This document shows, piece by piece, positions 1-11,367 of a DNA stretch of 20,717 bases; within the stretch, counting starts at the first letter, position 1; every line of letters begins with the position of its first letter. Under the pieces are notes generated by a model. That model worked only from the letters and a program-made list of their open reading frames with translations. It ran no database searches and was not told where the DNA came from. Source of the DNA: Tubiluchus corallicola (lineage: Eukaryota; Animalia; Priapulida); the NCBI GenBank assembly GCA_030141605.1, contig JAQGDQ010001929.1, positions 1-20,717 of the forward strand. Reading direction: 5' to 3'. Made by a program: the position numbers and the translations under genes.

Positions 1-883
1 GAATTGAATATAAGGAAGATTCGCTTACCGATTGTCTGTTCATCTGTGCAACCTTTTCCACAGTTTGTGACGTCTTGCACTACAATTGTATTATTATTCG
101 CATCTCAAGAAACGCAGTACACTCGGAACTTTTTCAAACTCCAATCTTTATTTGAACTCGCCTGACCAGCGAACCTCTCTAAGCACACGCTGCCAGCACA
201 ACTTGATATAACAAAGTTGGAATGATATCTTCTATATTCTACGTACGAGTTGGCATTCGCATTGAAAACAAAGCTAGGCGTTACTTGATTTACCAGGTAA
301 AACAAGCACGCTCTTTCACTCACTGACCTGCATCGTCTGCCTGCGTTGCTTTACTAGCCTATATATAAACCGTTTAATTTTTATAAACAACTGTAGTTCT
401 AAGTGGGTGGTGTTATGTGAATGGCCGGAGAAAGTTTTCCACCCACTCGTGGTGGGTGGCTTAGATATCCATTCACTCGACCACGACAGTCAACTCGTTC
501 TCCGTGACAATTAATTTCGTAATTAATATCTTCCCATTCACAAGTTGAAGCAAACATTCCATTGAGATCTTCTAATTACAATTTAATTATCTGATGTGCG
601 TTTTGCAGGCCATGAATTCCGTTCAGAGATGAACGATATAGAAAAGCTGGGTCAATTGTAACACATTTCGGAAAATGCTCTTCTCAACAACGGAACTTAA
701 TTTGTAGCGTAACGGATAAGGTAGTGCAGTTTTCTGACATGCTCAAGAGACAGCCTCGTCACGTTGTGAAACGTCAATTCTAACAGACAGGAAACTCGTG
801 TATTTGTATAAAAATGATGCAGCGAGAGAAAAGAATTATAAAAAAAGCAAATGTATGATCTGATGATGATGATGAAGATGATG

Positions 884-2114
884 TTGAGCATGCGCAGACA
901 TTGCCTTCTTTGAGCATGCAGAGGCATTGTTTCTTTTGAGCATGTACAGGAATTGTTTCTATTGAGCATGCACAACATTGTTTCTATTGAGCATACACAG
1001 CATTATTAGTTTTGAGCATGCACAATCATTGCTTCTCTTGAACATACTCAGGTTTGTTTCTTTAGCACGTACAACATTTTTTCTTTTAAGCATGCAAAGC
1101 ATTATTAGTTTTAAGCATGCACAAGCATTGTTTCTTTTGAGCATATGCAGGTATTGTGTCTTTCGAGCATGCGCAACATTGTTTCATTGAAGCATGCACA
1201 TCATTGTTTCTCTTGAGCATACAAAGGTGCTGTTTCTTAGCATGCACAACATTATTTATTTTGAGCATGCACAGCATTATTAGTTTTGAACATGCACAAG
1301 CATTGTTTCTTTTTAGCATACGCTAGTGTTGTTTCCTTTGAGCATGCACAGCATTATTAGTTTTAGACATGCACAAGCATTGTTTCTTTTGAGCATGCAC
1401 AAGCATTGTTTCTATTGAGCATGCACAGCATTATTAGTTTTGAGCATGCACAATCATTGCTTCTCTTGAACATACACAGGTGTTGTTTTTTTAGCATGCA
1501 CAACATTATTTCTTTTCAGCATGCACAGCATTATTAGTTTTGAACATACACAAGCATTGTTTCTTTTGAGCATACGCTGGTGTTGTTTCCTTTGAGCATG
1601 CACAGCATTATTAGTTTTAGGCATGAACAGGCATTGTTTCTTTTGAGCATGCACAATATTGTTTCTCTTGAGCATGCAAAAGCATTGTTTCTTTTGAGCA
1701 TGTACAGCATTATTAGTTTTAAGCATGCACAAGCATTGCTTCTCTTGAGCATGCACAGGTGTTGTTTTTTAGTATGCACAACATTATTTCTTTTGAGCAT
1801 GCACAGGTGTTGTTTTTTAGCATGCACAACATTATTTCTTTTGAGCATGCACAACATTGTTTCTCTTGAGCATGCACAGCATTATTAGTTTTAAGCATGC
1901 ACAAGCATTGTTTCTTTTGAGCAAACACAGGCATTGTTTCTTTTAACTATGCACAGGCGTTATTTCTTTTGAGCATGCACAGGCATTGTTTCTTTGAGAA
2001 TGCACAGGCGTTGTTTCTTTGAGAATGCACAGGCGTTGTTTCTTTTCAGCATGCACAATCATTGTTTCTTTTCAGCATGCACAAGCATTTTGTTTCATTT
2101 GAGAATGCACAATC
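884..2114. repeat. 25-26 bp minisatellite (consensus ~TTGAGCATGCACAAGCATTGTTTCTT), about 48 copies
   Basis: TTGAGCA recurs at 884, 910, 936, 962, 987, 1012 and onward. Two main variants (..CAGCATTATTAGTT / ..AAGCATTGTTTCT). All ORFs here are repeat translations. Confidence 0.95.
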
Positions 2115-2344
2115 GCTGATTCTGTAGAGGAACAAATGTTTTTGATCGAGTAAACTGAGACCTCATGTTCATATATTCTTCGCAAATGCTCGCATTTTAG
2201 AATTATTGTCCTGCTTTTGTCAATACGTCTGGCAGTTTCCAAGAAATGAATCAGAGGCTGATTTTTAAATGCTTTGTCAATGCGGAATCGGCGGCCGGCC
2301 TATTTGCGGTGTGTTTCTTTTCTAATTGAACAATAAGGCGTGCC

Positions 2345-2635
2345 GTGCCAGTACCAGGTATTACTGCTCGCATTTCATTTCGACAGCTAAGTACGTTTAA
2401 CAAAACCTTTCATTTACGGGGGCGTATCTAGGACATACAGGGTGCCAGTACCAGGTATTACTGCTCGCTTTTCATTTCGACAGCTAAGTACGTTTAACAA
2501 AACCTTTCATTTACGAGGGCGGATCCAGGACGTACAGGGTGTCAGTACCAGCTATTACTGCTCGCTTTTCATTTCGACAGCTAAGTACGTTTAACAAAAC
2601 CTTTCATTTACGAGGACGGATCCAGGACGTACAGG
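2345..2635. repeat. 97-bp tandem triplication
   Basis: GTGCCAGTACCAGGTATTACTGCTCGC... starts at 2345, 2442 and 2539; copies are nearly identical. Confidence 0.95.
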
Positions 2636-2778
2636 GTTGCAGCTGCATTCTATTTTCGTTTTCGTCGAAGTCGATGAACATTTGGCTAGGTAGGAAAGGA
2701 GTTAGAGATGACGTAGGGGGTGGGAAGCTTAGGGTTATGGTTCAGGCTAGGGTTAAAGGAAGACAGGATGATTTTTCA

Positions 2779-3378
2779 TACACTACCCTATTTTCAAGCC
2801 AGATAAAAGTATGCATTTTAACATAATTAATACCGCAAAGCGTTTCTGATAATTAAATAATAGAATAAAAATTTAATTAACGGCAGGCGAGTCAACTATT
2901 GATGACATCACAAACTAACATAATTTTCAACAGCAAAAATATTCCACTAGCGTGTTGCGCGTGTTTGCGAAAGAGAAAATTGAAGTACAGCGCTGATGTA
3001 AGATATTCAGTGTGTTGTACTAAAACTAGGCAAATTTTAAAGTAAAAATTCAAATTTACCGCTGTGTTCACGCATGAGCTGTCGAACGTGTGCAGTTCCT
3101 CACAAACTAACACGTCTGAACTGAGAAGCACAGCACCTATTTCTTGCGTAACGCGTTTCCGAAATGCAGGCGCTAGTGCCCGTCTAACTAGCGAATGGCG
3201 AAATGCGTGTAACAGCGAAAAATTAGTGGCGCGAACGTGAAACTGTGTTTGTGTGGTAATAATTCTTTCACGTAAGTCATTTTTCATAAAAAAAAATAAT
3301 ATTAATATTTAATATTTTCCTTTCAATATATTAAAGAGTAATTTGTTTTGACCTACAGTTTGAAATTGGGTCCAGTTT
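2779..3378 (+). mobile_element. Dispersed MITE-like repeat, copy 1 (paralog at ~18999-19546)
   Basis: Colinear similarity over ~550-600 bp to 18999-19546 (offset ~16220). Decayed terminal inverted repeats (ACTACCCTATTTTCAAGC ... GTTTGAAATTGGGTCCAGT). No credible ORF. Confidence 0.75.
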
Positions 3379-3944
3379 TGAGTTAACATTATTATAAGTA
3401 ATTAAACATGATAATATCTAGGTTCCGTAGTGGGTTGAGGTGATCATAGTCGAGGTCGAGTGCTTTGTCGCACACTCTGTTATTAAATAAACAAAGAAAT
3501 TCACTTGAACAACACTGCCGGGTGATGCATTGGACGGAAGAGAAAGCGAATGGGGGGAGGGGGTGACCTTCACGCTCGCGTAAGTATTACGTACGATTGC
3601 GTAGGACTGCGTAAATTACGCTGCCGCGTTGATTTGTTTGCGCACCAACAGCATCCGCAATCGCGGACGAATAAAAAACAAATTAAAGGAAAAGTCAACC
3701 CTTGTGGAAAGTTAGAATAATCTCAATGTTCGTGAAAAATTTTAGGAGGATTTAGTAAGAAGAGTATTATATACGCCTGGCGTAATTAAAGAAATCATTT
3801 AGAAGTCCAAGTGATTTCACGCTTGGGCGCTGCCATGTTGAGAGCACATTCTTCCGCCAGTGACGTCATACGTCGACGGAAGAAAACCAAAATCATGTCA
3901 AATTACGGTAAAAGATGAATAAGTTTTTACGAGAAATTAGATTA

Positions 3945-4030
3945 GGGTGTGGGGTTTTTGTTAAAGTTAGGGTTAGGGTTGGGTTGGGGTTAGAGTTAGG
4001 GTTAGGGTTAGGGCTAGGATATGGTTAGGG
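3945..4030 (+). repeat. Interstitial degenerate (TTAGGG)n tract
   Basis: GTTAGGGTTAGGGTTGGGTTGGGGTTAGAGTTAGGGTTAGGGTTAGGGCTAGG; a weaker tract lies at ~2685-2760. Confidence 0.8.
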
Positions 4031-4257
4031 TATTTAAATTCTGTGGGGACTTGCAAACTCCTTTCGATTTTTTTTATTTCCGTGATGGAAACGTCATGCA
4101 CGTTTCAAAGAGTATTTTAGCAAACGACTCACTTGACTGACTGTCTGTCTGGCCTTGTATGGCTCCACGCTCAATAATGTACCATGTATTAATGTTGTCG
4201 TCATTGTTTGTTTGTATGCTTGTGTGTTTGCTTGTTTGTTTGCCTGACTGTTCTTAG

Positions 4258-4739
4258 TTTTTTTCGATAAATAGAGGAACTAAATCATTTCGGTACAGAA
4301 TAGGCGAACAAAATACAGATTGCTGTCATTGTAATAATGCAACTCCGCAAACACCAGAACACATTATATTTGACTGTGATTTGGTAGACCATCAATTTCG
4401 AATGAATATAAGACAAGTTCTGCCCTCAGCCAACCTAAGCGAGATTTATTTAAACAGAGATAAAGATGTGTGCCAGGCATATGTAAATATTGTTAGAGAT
4501 GTTGTGCGGAAAAAATTGCTATAAAGAAATTCAAATTATATTCACAGAAAAACAGGTATTTCGTTATATTGTATATATTATAGGGTAAACTATGTATGTA
4601 TTTTAAATTTATTCTAAATTGGCATTATGTATAAATCTTGTTATTGTAAATTTATATTTTGTAAACGAACCCCTGCAAATAGAGGGGAAACAATGTATTC
4701 ATTGTTTAGTAAAAGACATTGTTTAATAATAATAATAAT
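4258..4739 (+). mobile_element. 5'-truncated non-LTR retrotransposon (LINE) 3' end: ORF2 C-terminal CCHC zinc-knuckle region, 3' UTR and (TAA)n tail
   Basis: Stop-free frame 4258-4524 reads INRGTKSFRYRIGEQNTDCCHCNNATPQTPEHIIFDCDLV...VVRKKLL*, matching the C-x-C...(E/Q)TxxHxxxxC motif of LINE ORF2. AT-rich UTR ends in TAATAATAATAATAAT at ~4724-4739. Confidence 0.8.
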
Positions 4740-5201
4740 TTACTGCAAGAGATAGGAACATCTGCGACTTGGTTGGTAAAAAGTTGAAGTGTGAATCAGG
4801 CATAAACACGTGACAAGGCCAAATCATTGACTAAATGCCCATAAGGCTAACAGACAGTGACCACATCTTATGAATGTCATTCAAGAATTTTATTTGTTTA
4901 TTTATGGAAAAGCACACTAACCTTAATTTTCTGTGCTCGCCAGCGTGGTACTAAATTTGTTCAAGTGTCAAAACAACATTGCGATAATTTAAGAATGCTT
5001 GCGTCATCTTTGAGCTGGTGCAACCTCGTCAGTTCTATTTTTGTAACAGAAAAGAAAGCGAAACTTGAGTGTGATCTAAATTTATTCTTTAACCTAGTTT
5101 TAGGAGAAATAAAACCGAGGTTTTATACCAGAAAGTGAAAGCGTAAGCAAAATGTTAATAAAAACTACACAGGTGAGTAATTGTTGGTCCAAATAAAAGA
5201 G

Positions 5202-7715
5202 ATTATTTTAACTTTTTACTGTATAAAATCTTGCAAATGTATTAAGCCATGGTTAAATGAAATTACTTAACCTTTTGTGGTGTATAAAGTATTGTAAATG
5301 TATTAAGCCATGGTTAAATGAAATTACTTAACCTTTTGTGGTGTATAAAGTATTGTAAAAGTGTTAAGCCATGGTTAAATGAAATTACTTAACCTTTTGT
5401 GGTGCATAAAGTATTGTAAATGTATTAAGCCATGGTTAAATGAAATTACTTAACCTTTTGTGGTGTATAAAGTATTGTAAACGTGTTAAGCCATGGTTAA
5501 ATGAAATTACTTAACCTTTTGTGGTGTATAAAGTATTGTAAATGTATTAAGCCATGGTTAAATGAAATTACTTAACCTTTTGTGGTGTATAAAGTATTGT
5601 AAACGTATTAAGCCGTGGTTAAATGAAATTACTTAACCTTTTGTGGTGTATAAAGTATTGTAAACGTGTTAAGCCGTGGTTAAATGAAATTACTTAACCT
5701 TTTGTGGTGCATAAAGTATTGTAAACGTGTTAAGCCGTGGTTAAATGAAATTACTTAACCTTTTGTGGTGTATAAAGTTTTGTAAATGTTTTAAGCCGTG
5801 GTTAAATGAAATTACTTAACCTTTTGTGGTGTATAAAGTATTGTAAATGTATTAAGCCGTGGTTAAATGAAATTATTTAACCTTTTGTGGTGTATAAAGT
5901 ATTGTAAACGTGTTAAGCCATGGTTAAATGAAATTACTTAACCTTTTGTGGTGTATAAAGTATTGTAAATGTATTAAGCCATGGTTAAATGAAATTACTA
6001 ACCAAAAAACAACCAAAATACTTAACCTTTTGTGGTGTATAAAGTATTGTAAACGTGTTAAGCCGTGGTTAAATGAAATTACTTAACCTTTTGTGGTGTA
6101 TAAAGATTTTAAACTTTACCGTGGTTAAATGAAATTACTTAACCTTTTGTGGTGTATAAAGTATTGTAAATGTATTAAGCCATGGTTAAATGAATACTAA
6201 CTGTGGTGTATAAAGTATTGTAAACGTGTTAAGCCGTGGTTAAATGAAATTACTTAACCTTTTGTGGTGTATAAAGTATTGTAAATGTTTTAAGCCGTGG
6301 TTAAATGAAATTACTTAACCTTTTGTGGTGTATAAAGTATTGTAAATGTATTAAGCCGTGGTTAAATGAAATTACTTAACCTTTTGTGGTGTATAAAGTA
6401 TTGTAAACGTGTTAAGCCGTGGTTAAATGAAATTACTTAACCTTTTGTGGTGTATAAAGTATTGTAAACGTTTTAAGCCGTGGTTAAATGAAATTACTAA
6501 ACCTTTTGTGGTGTATAAAGTATTGTAAACGTGTTAAGCCGTGGTTAAATGAAATTACTTAACCTTTTGTGGTGTATAAAGTTTTGTAAATGTATTAAGC
6601 CATGGTTAAATGAAATTACTTAACCTTTTGTGGTGTATAAAGTATTGTAAACGTTTTAAGCCGTGGTTAAATGAAATTACTAAACCTTTTGTGGTGTATA
6701 AAGTATTGTAAACGTGTTAAGCCGTGGTTAAATGAAATTACTTAACCTTTTGTGGTGTATAAAGTTTTGTAAATGTATTAAGCCATGGTTAAATGAAATT
6801 ACTTAACCTTTTGTGGTGTATAAAGTATTGTAAACGTTTTAAGCCGTGGTTAAATGAAATTACTAAACCTTTTGTGGTGTATAAAGTATTGTAAACGTGT
6901 TAAGCCGTGGTTAAATGAAATTACTTAACCTTTTGTGGTGTATAAAGTTTTGTAAATGTATTAAGCCATGGTTAAATGAAATTACTTAACCTTTTGTGGT
7001 GTATAAAGTATTGTAAACGTTTTAAGCCGTGGTTAAATGAAATTACTAAACCTTTTGTGGTGTATAAAGTATTGTAAACGTGTTAAGCCGTGGTTAAATG
7101 AAATTACTTAACCTTTTGTGGTGTATAAAGTATTTTTAATGTATTAAGCCATGGTTAAATGAAATTACTTAACCTTTTGTGGTGTATAAAGTATTGTAAA
7201 CGTTTTAAGCCGTGGTTAAATGAAATTACTTAACCTTTTGTGGTGTATAAAGTATTGTAAACGTGTTAAGCCGTGGTTAAATGAAATTACTTAACCTTTT
7301 GTGGTGTATAAAGTATTGTAAACGTGTTAAGCCGTGGTTAAATGAAATTACTTAACCTTTTGTGGTGTATAAAGTTTTGTAAATGTTTTAAGCCGTGGTT
7401 AAATGAAATTACTTAACCTTTTGTGGTGTATAAAGTATTGTAAATGTATTAAGCCGTGGTTAAATGAAATTACTTAACCTTTTGTGGTGTATAAAGCATT
7501 GTAAACGTATTAAGCCGTGGTTAAATGAAATTACTTAACCTTTTGTGGTGTATAAAGTATTGTAAATGTATTAAGCCGTGGTTAAATGAAATTACTTAAC
7601 CTTTTGTGGTGTATAAAGCATTGTAAACGTATTAAGCCGTGGTTAAATGAAATTACTTAACCTTTTGTGGTGTATAAAGTTTTGTAAATGTATTAACGCA
7701 TGTTTAAATGAAATT
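5202..7715. repeat. 61-bp satellite, about 41 copies
   Basis: Unit TGTATTAAGCCRTGGTTAAATGAAATTACTTAACCTTTTGTGGTGTATAAAGTATTGTAAA; AAGCC at 5244, 5305, 5366 and onward. No unique spacers. Confidence 0.97.
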
Positions 7716-8016
7716 AGTTCAAGGAAAACCGGACGACTGAATAGAGTCATTTTAAATTATTGTCAAAAATATACATTTTCTTGCCTACAAATTTAGCCTA
7801 CAAAGCTTTATTGCGTATAAACAAAGCAAAAAAGGTTCTAATTGTGTAAATTCTGTTTCTTCATCGATTATTTCGAGTTCTCTCAAATAACAAACAGTTC
7901 TGTGACCGTTCTATTTACTAGCTGTACACATTGTACAAGACACTCCACACTTATTCCGCAAGGTCAAATAGAACGTTGCCACATTAGTTTGAGCAGAAGT
8001 CAACGTTGCTTTTTAA

Positions 8017-8877
8017 ATGGGAGATGCCGATAAAATCAATTCGACGAGGATTATCAAGAATAGTTGGGATATGCCAACTATATCTGTGGCACAGAACGTT
8101 GAGGGCACTGCAGCGCCTACTGTCACTGGTAGAAGGGACCTTCTAGTGCCATCTCTTCCCACCGAAGGCACAACTGGCGCATCTGGCATTCAAACTAGTT
8201 GGAAGATGCCACCACTTGGTGCTGATTCCGCCAATCTTATGCTCCAAGACAAACCGAAAACCGTCACAGAATCGACAACTGAGAATCAACTTGCAGTAAA
8301 GCTTAACGTCGCTTGTAGTGCTGTTGTCGTATCACCTCATTCACTAGAAGAACTGGATCAGCTTCCTCATCGCAGAAGCAAGTGGAAACCCAGACGTGGA
8401 GTACAAGTGGAAGACGTAACCCTGGCACTGAATCAATCCCAGCGTGCAGCGAGTATGCCACCTTCCTACAGGATCCCAGGAGAGCTCCCAGCAATCGTGA
8501 GTACGAAAACGCCGTTTTCAAAGAAGCAGACTAAGTTTTCCGCTCTGAATCTGTTTCGCAGGAACAGAGAGGAAGTTAGGAAAAAATCTGGAGACGTCGA
8601 ATTGTTGGAAAGTGGAGAATTCGCCAACAAGCCAGTTGATGCTCCTAAAAAATCTCTTGCTCAGGCTAATACTTGCAACACCTGCATTGAAGATGATGTT
8701 GTACAAACAAAAACCACCACGACTTCTACACTAGTAAAGCCACTAGCAACTAACAAGGTGGTTGGTCCAAAGGACTTGTCACCAATGACAAAACCTCGAA
8801 GGGACAAAACGTCCAGTAGCTATAACCGTGGTGTTAAATATGCTGTCCAGGTCCAAGTTAAACCAACAACACAATAG
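8017..8877 (+). CDS. Hypothetical 286-aa protein, S/T/P/K-rich, probably disordered; single-exon gene or terminal exon
   Basis: 861-nt non-repetitive ORF with higher GC than its AT-rich flanks. TATAAA at 7816-7821 and AATAAA at 8942-8947. No domain recognised. Confidence 0.7.
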   Translation: MGDADKINSTRIIKNSWDMPTISVAQNVEGTAAPTVTGRRDLLVPSLPTEGTTGASGIQTSWKMPPLGADSANLMLQDKPKTVTESTTENQLAVKLNVACSAVVVSPHSLEELDQLPHRRSKWKPRRGVQVEDVTLALNQSQRAASMPPSYRIPGELPAIVSTKTPFSKKQTKFSALNLFRRNREEVRKKSGDVELLESGEFANKPVDAPKKSLAQANTCNTCIEDDVVQTKTTTTSTLVKPLATNKVVGPKDLSPMTKPRRDKTSSSYNRGVKYAVQVQVKPTTQ

Positions 8878-9647
8878 TTACATACACTAACATACGTATT
8901 CTACAATTTCAGAGCAAGTTTTAAATACAATTGGTGCAAAAAATAAATAAAACGAATTGAAATGGATACGACTGTAATCAATATGTTCTGGTTTAATATT
9001 GATTTTATTCAACTGACTTTGCACGGACAAAATTTGCATTGAACACTGATTCAATTTAGATGCATACTGCCAAATTTGGGTTATACAAGAAAAATCTTAA
9101 CTAAAAATAAAGTTTATTTTTAACCAGCAGGTTAATTTAAAGATTGTCATTGCACCCTGGTGGCGAAATTTAAACCAAGTGAACATCTGAGATCTCACAT
9201 AATATATTCTACCTCTCACTACTGATCTTATTAAGAGGGGGTGTATACTATTAATGGAACCGCCTAAAAGTTTGCTAAGCTATTCCAGCTATAAGTGCTT
9301 GCTTACAGGATTATCCTTGATAATGATTTGGTCTCCTGTTCCGCCACAACTGTCAAAATTTGACAGTTTGCTGCTGTTTAGTAATGGGTTCTGTTTATGG
9401 ATAGTAGCTTTCACTGGACAACTATTATTCAAAATCTGATGACCTTGTAAAATGAACAGTTTTCGATAGAAGGCCTACGTTTGCTAGCCTGTGCAAATCC
9501 TGATTTTTCCCACGGGAGATTCCCTTCCTGGAAAAACCACCAAATCACCCAACACGAGACACTGTCAAGAAGTACTTCTTTCACTAAGAAACGAATTATA
9601 TCAACTTCCAGGGCACCTTGTGTTCATACGTTCAGCTTTCTAAGCTT

Positions 9648-9709
<62 letters not shown>

Positions 9710-9716
9710 CAATAAC

Positions 9717-9787
<71 letters not shown>

Positions 9788-9960
9788 TAATAATAATAGT
9801 AACAACAACAACAATAACAATAACAACAACAACAACAACAAGCAGCAACAGTAACAGCAGCAGCAACGCTAACAGCAAGAGCACAAGCAAGAGCAACAAC
9901 GACGACAACGACAATGACGACAACGATGACGACGACGAGAACAATAATAATAATAATGAT
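9648..9960. repeat. Compound trinucleotide microsatellite (AAT)n-(AAC)n-(AGC)n-(GAC)n-(AAT)n
   Basis: Directly visible; the 3-nt register is kept throughout. Confidence 0.97.
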
Positions 9961-10196
9961 TATAAAAACGTCATTATTTTAAGAAATCAAACCTGCTCTG
10001 CCAGTCTGTTGATAATTGTTTAAGTAAACATGTATTTATTGTCCAAATCGTATACAATTCCTTATCAGCAATGAAATCACTTATAATAATTTTTCAATGT
10101 CTAAAGTTACTCTTTATTTTATCTTTATATTTTATCTAACTCCATATTTTTCTCTTAATTTCATTTGTAAATGTCTTTCAATGAGACGTTTCCGAC

Positions 10197-10421
10197 TTAA
10201 CATTGTTCTGAGTCATATGGGTCATTGCATCGTAGCTTCCTGTAGTTACAGTAATCTAAGTCTGTGTGGATCTGTCTCTTCCGTCGTGAAGGTCTTCCGT
10301 GATGTCCGAATATCTCGAGGGTTTCGATTGTGCCTCTACCAATTCCCCGCCCCCTCCCGGTAGCTCCATCATTCGACGTCTTGCCGTGCGCGTTCACGCC
10401 TGTTTGTTTGGAAATGGTTAG
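10197..10421 (-). CDS. Terminal coding exon of TSR-like secreted protein gene (LTISKQ...GRGRGIGRG...RRKRQIHTDLDYCNYRKLRCNDPYDSEQC*)
   Basis: Acceptor TGTTCTTTTTACAG|CTA, phase 0, matches the upstream exon. Stop ends at 10197. Minus-strand AATAAA at 10113-10118 and 10035-10040. Confidence 0.75.
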   Translation of the reverse strand, partial: LTISKQTGVNAHGKTSNDGATGRGRGIGRGTIETLEIFGHHGRPSRRKRQIHTDLDYCNYRKLRCNDPYDSEQC

Positions 10422-10458
10422 CTGTAAAAAGAACATTTTTGTATATTATTACGAAGTG

Positions 10459-10470
10459 TTCTCTCTCTCC

Positions 10471-10522
<52 letters not shown>

Positions 10523-10615
10523 ACCCGTTTCTCTTTCTTTTTTTCTCTTCCTTCCCTTCTCTCTGTCTCTCTATTTTTCCTTTCTCATCTTTTCCCTCTC
10601 TCCCCCTCTCCCTTT
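10459..10615. repeat. (CT)n microsatellite and polypyrimidine tract
   Basis: Directly visible. Confidence 0.95.
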
Positions 10616-11367
10616 GCTATAGAAACAGCCTATTATAATAATTAATGCAGAGAACAGCCCTGTGGGCATTTTAAATGGAAGTTTGTAAACTTGCTAATAG
10701 ATGGCTCTGCGAATCAGTCTCGTGATGAAAAATGACCACGATAGTGAATTCAAGAAAACATTCCGCAAATTGCCAGTTATTAAGCCAGCAATATTGTTTT
10801 CAGGAAAATAAAAGAGAGTAAAAACATATAAGCAAACAAACTAACAAATAAATAAATAAATAAAAACATGATTGAATGAATGAACGAACGAATAAATAAT
10901 CAGGCTAAAGAAATTATGAGACGGAGCCACACTCAAACTCACCCTCTTGAATATTTTTCACTCGTGATATATTTTAGCAACATTTACATAACTTGAGATA
11001 AAAGATAAACTTATTGCAAATTGTTTAAATAAACTAGAATAAATATCTCTTGTTTGTCTATAAAAATATTCTTTAAGAAATACACCACTATCTTACTATT
11101 TATTGCAAACTAAATTAGCACATATTTCAACACAGCAGTAGCGAAAACAGATGTTACCAAAGCTTGAGAGCCCCAAGCTTAACGTCCCTATGCTGTAGCC
11201 TACGCAAGCCTGTAGGACAATGTGACCCCGATTAGAGGGCTGTCTTCCCGGGAAAATTCCAAATTGAAAGCGCGCGGCACAGTTATATAATCCCGCTGTA
11301 CCATTTCAAGTGATTTTTTTATTCAAAACATGTGCTTCTTTAATAATATCTAAATTATACATTAAAA

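Noticed and set aside
697-1934. Multiple ORFs with MLCMLKRNN repeats
   Set aside because: Translations of the minisatellite in several frames on both strands.
3945-4030. True telomere or fusion site
   Set aside because: Short, degenerate, single orientation and internal.
5202-7715. CRISPR-like array (also considered for 12630-13650 and 884-2114)
   Set aside because: Units repeat end to end with no unique spacers, there are no cas genes, and the context is eukaryotic.
9436-9480. CTGATGA as a hammerhead core
   Set aside because: No stem II followed by GAAA.
9481-10023. Poly-Ile/Asn/Leu ORFs
   Set aside because: Microsatellite artefacts.
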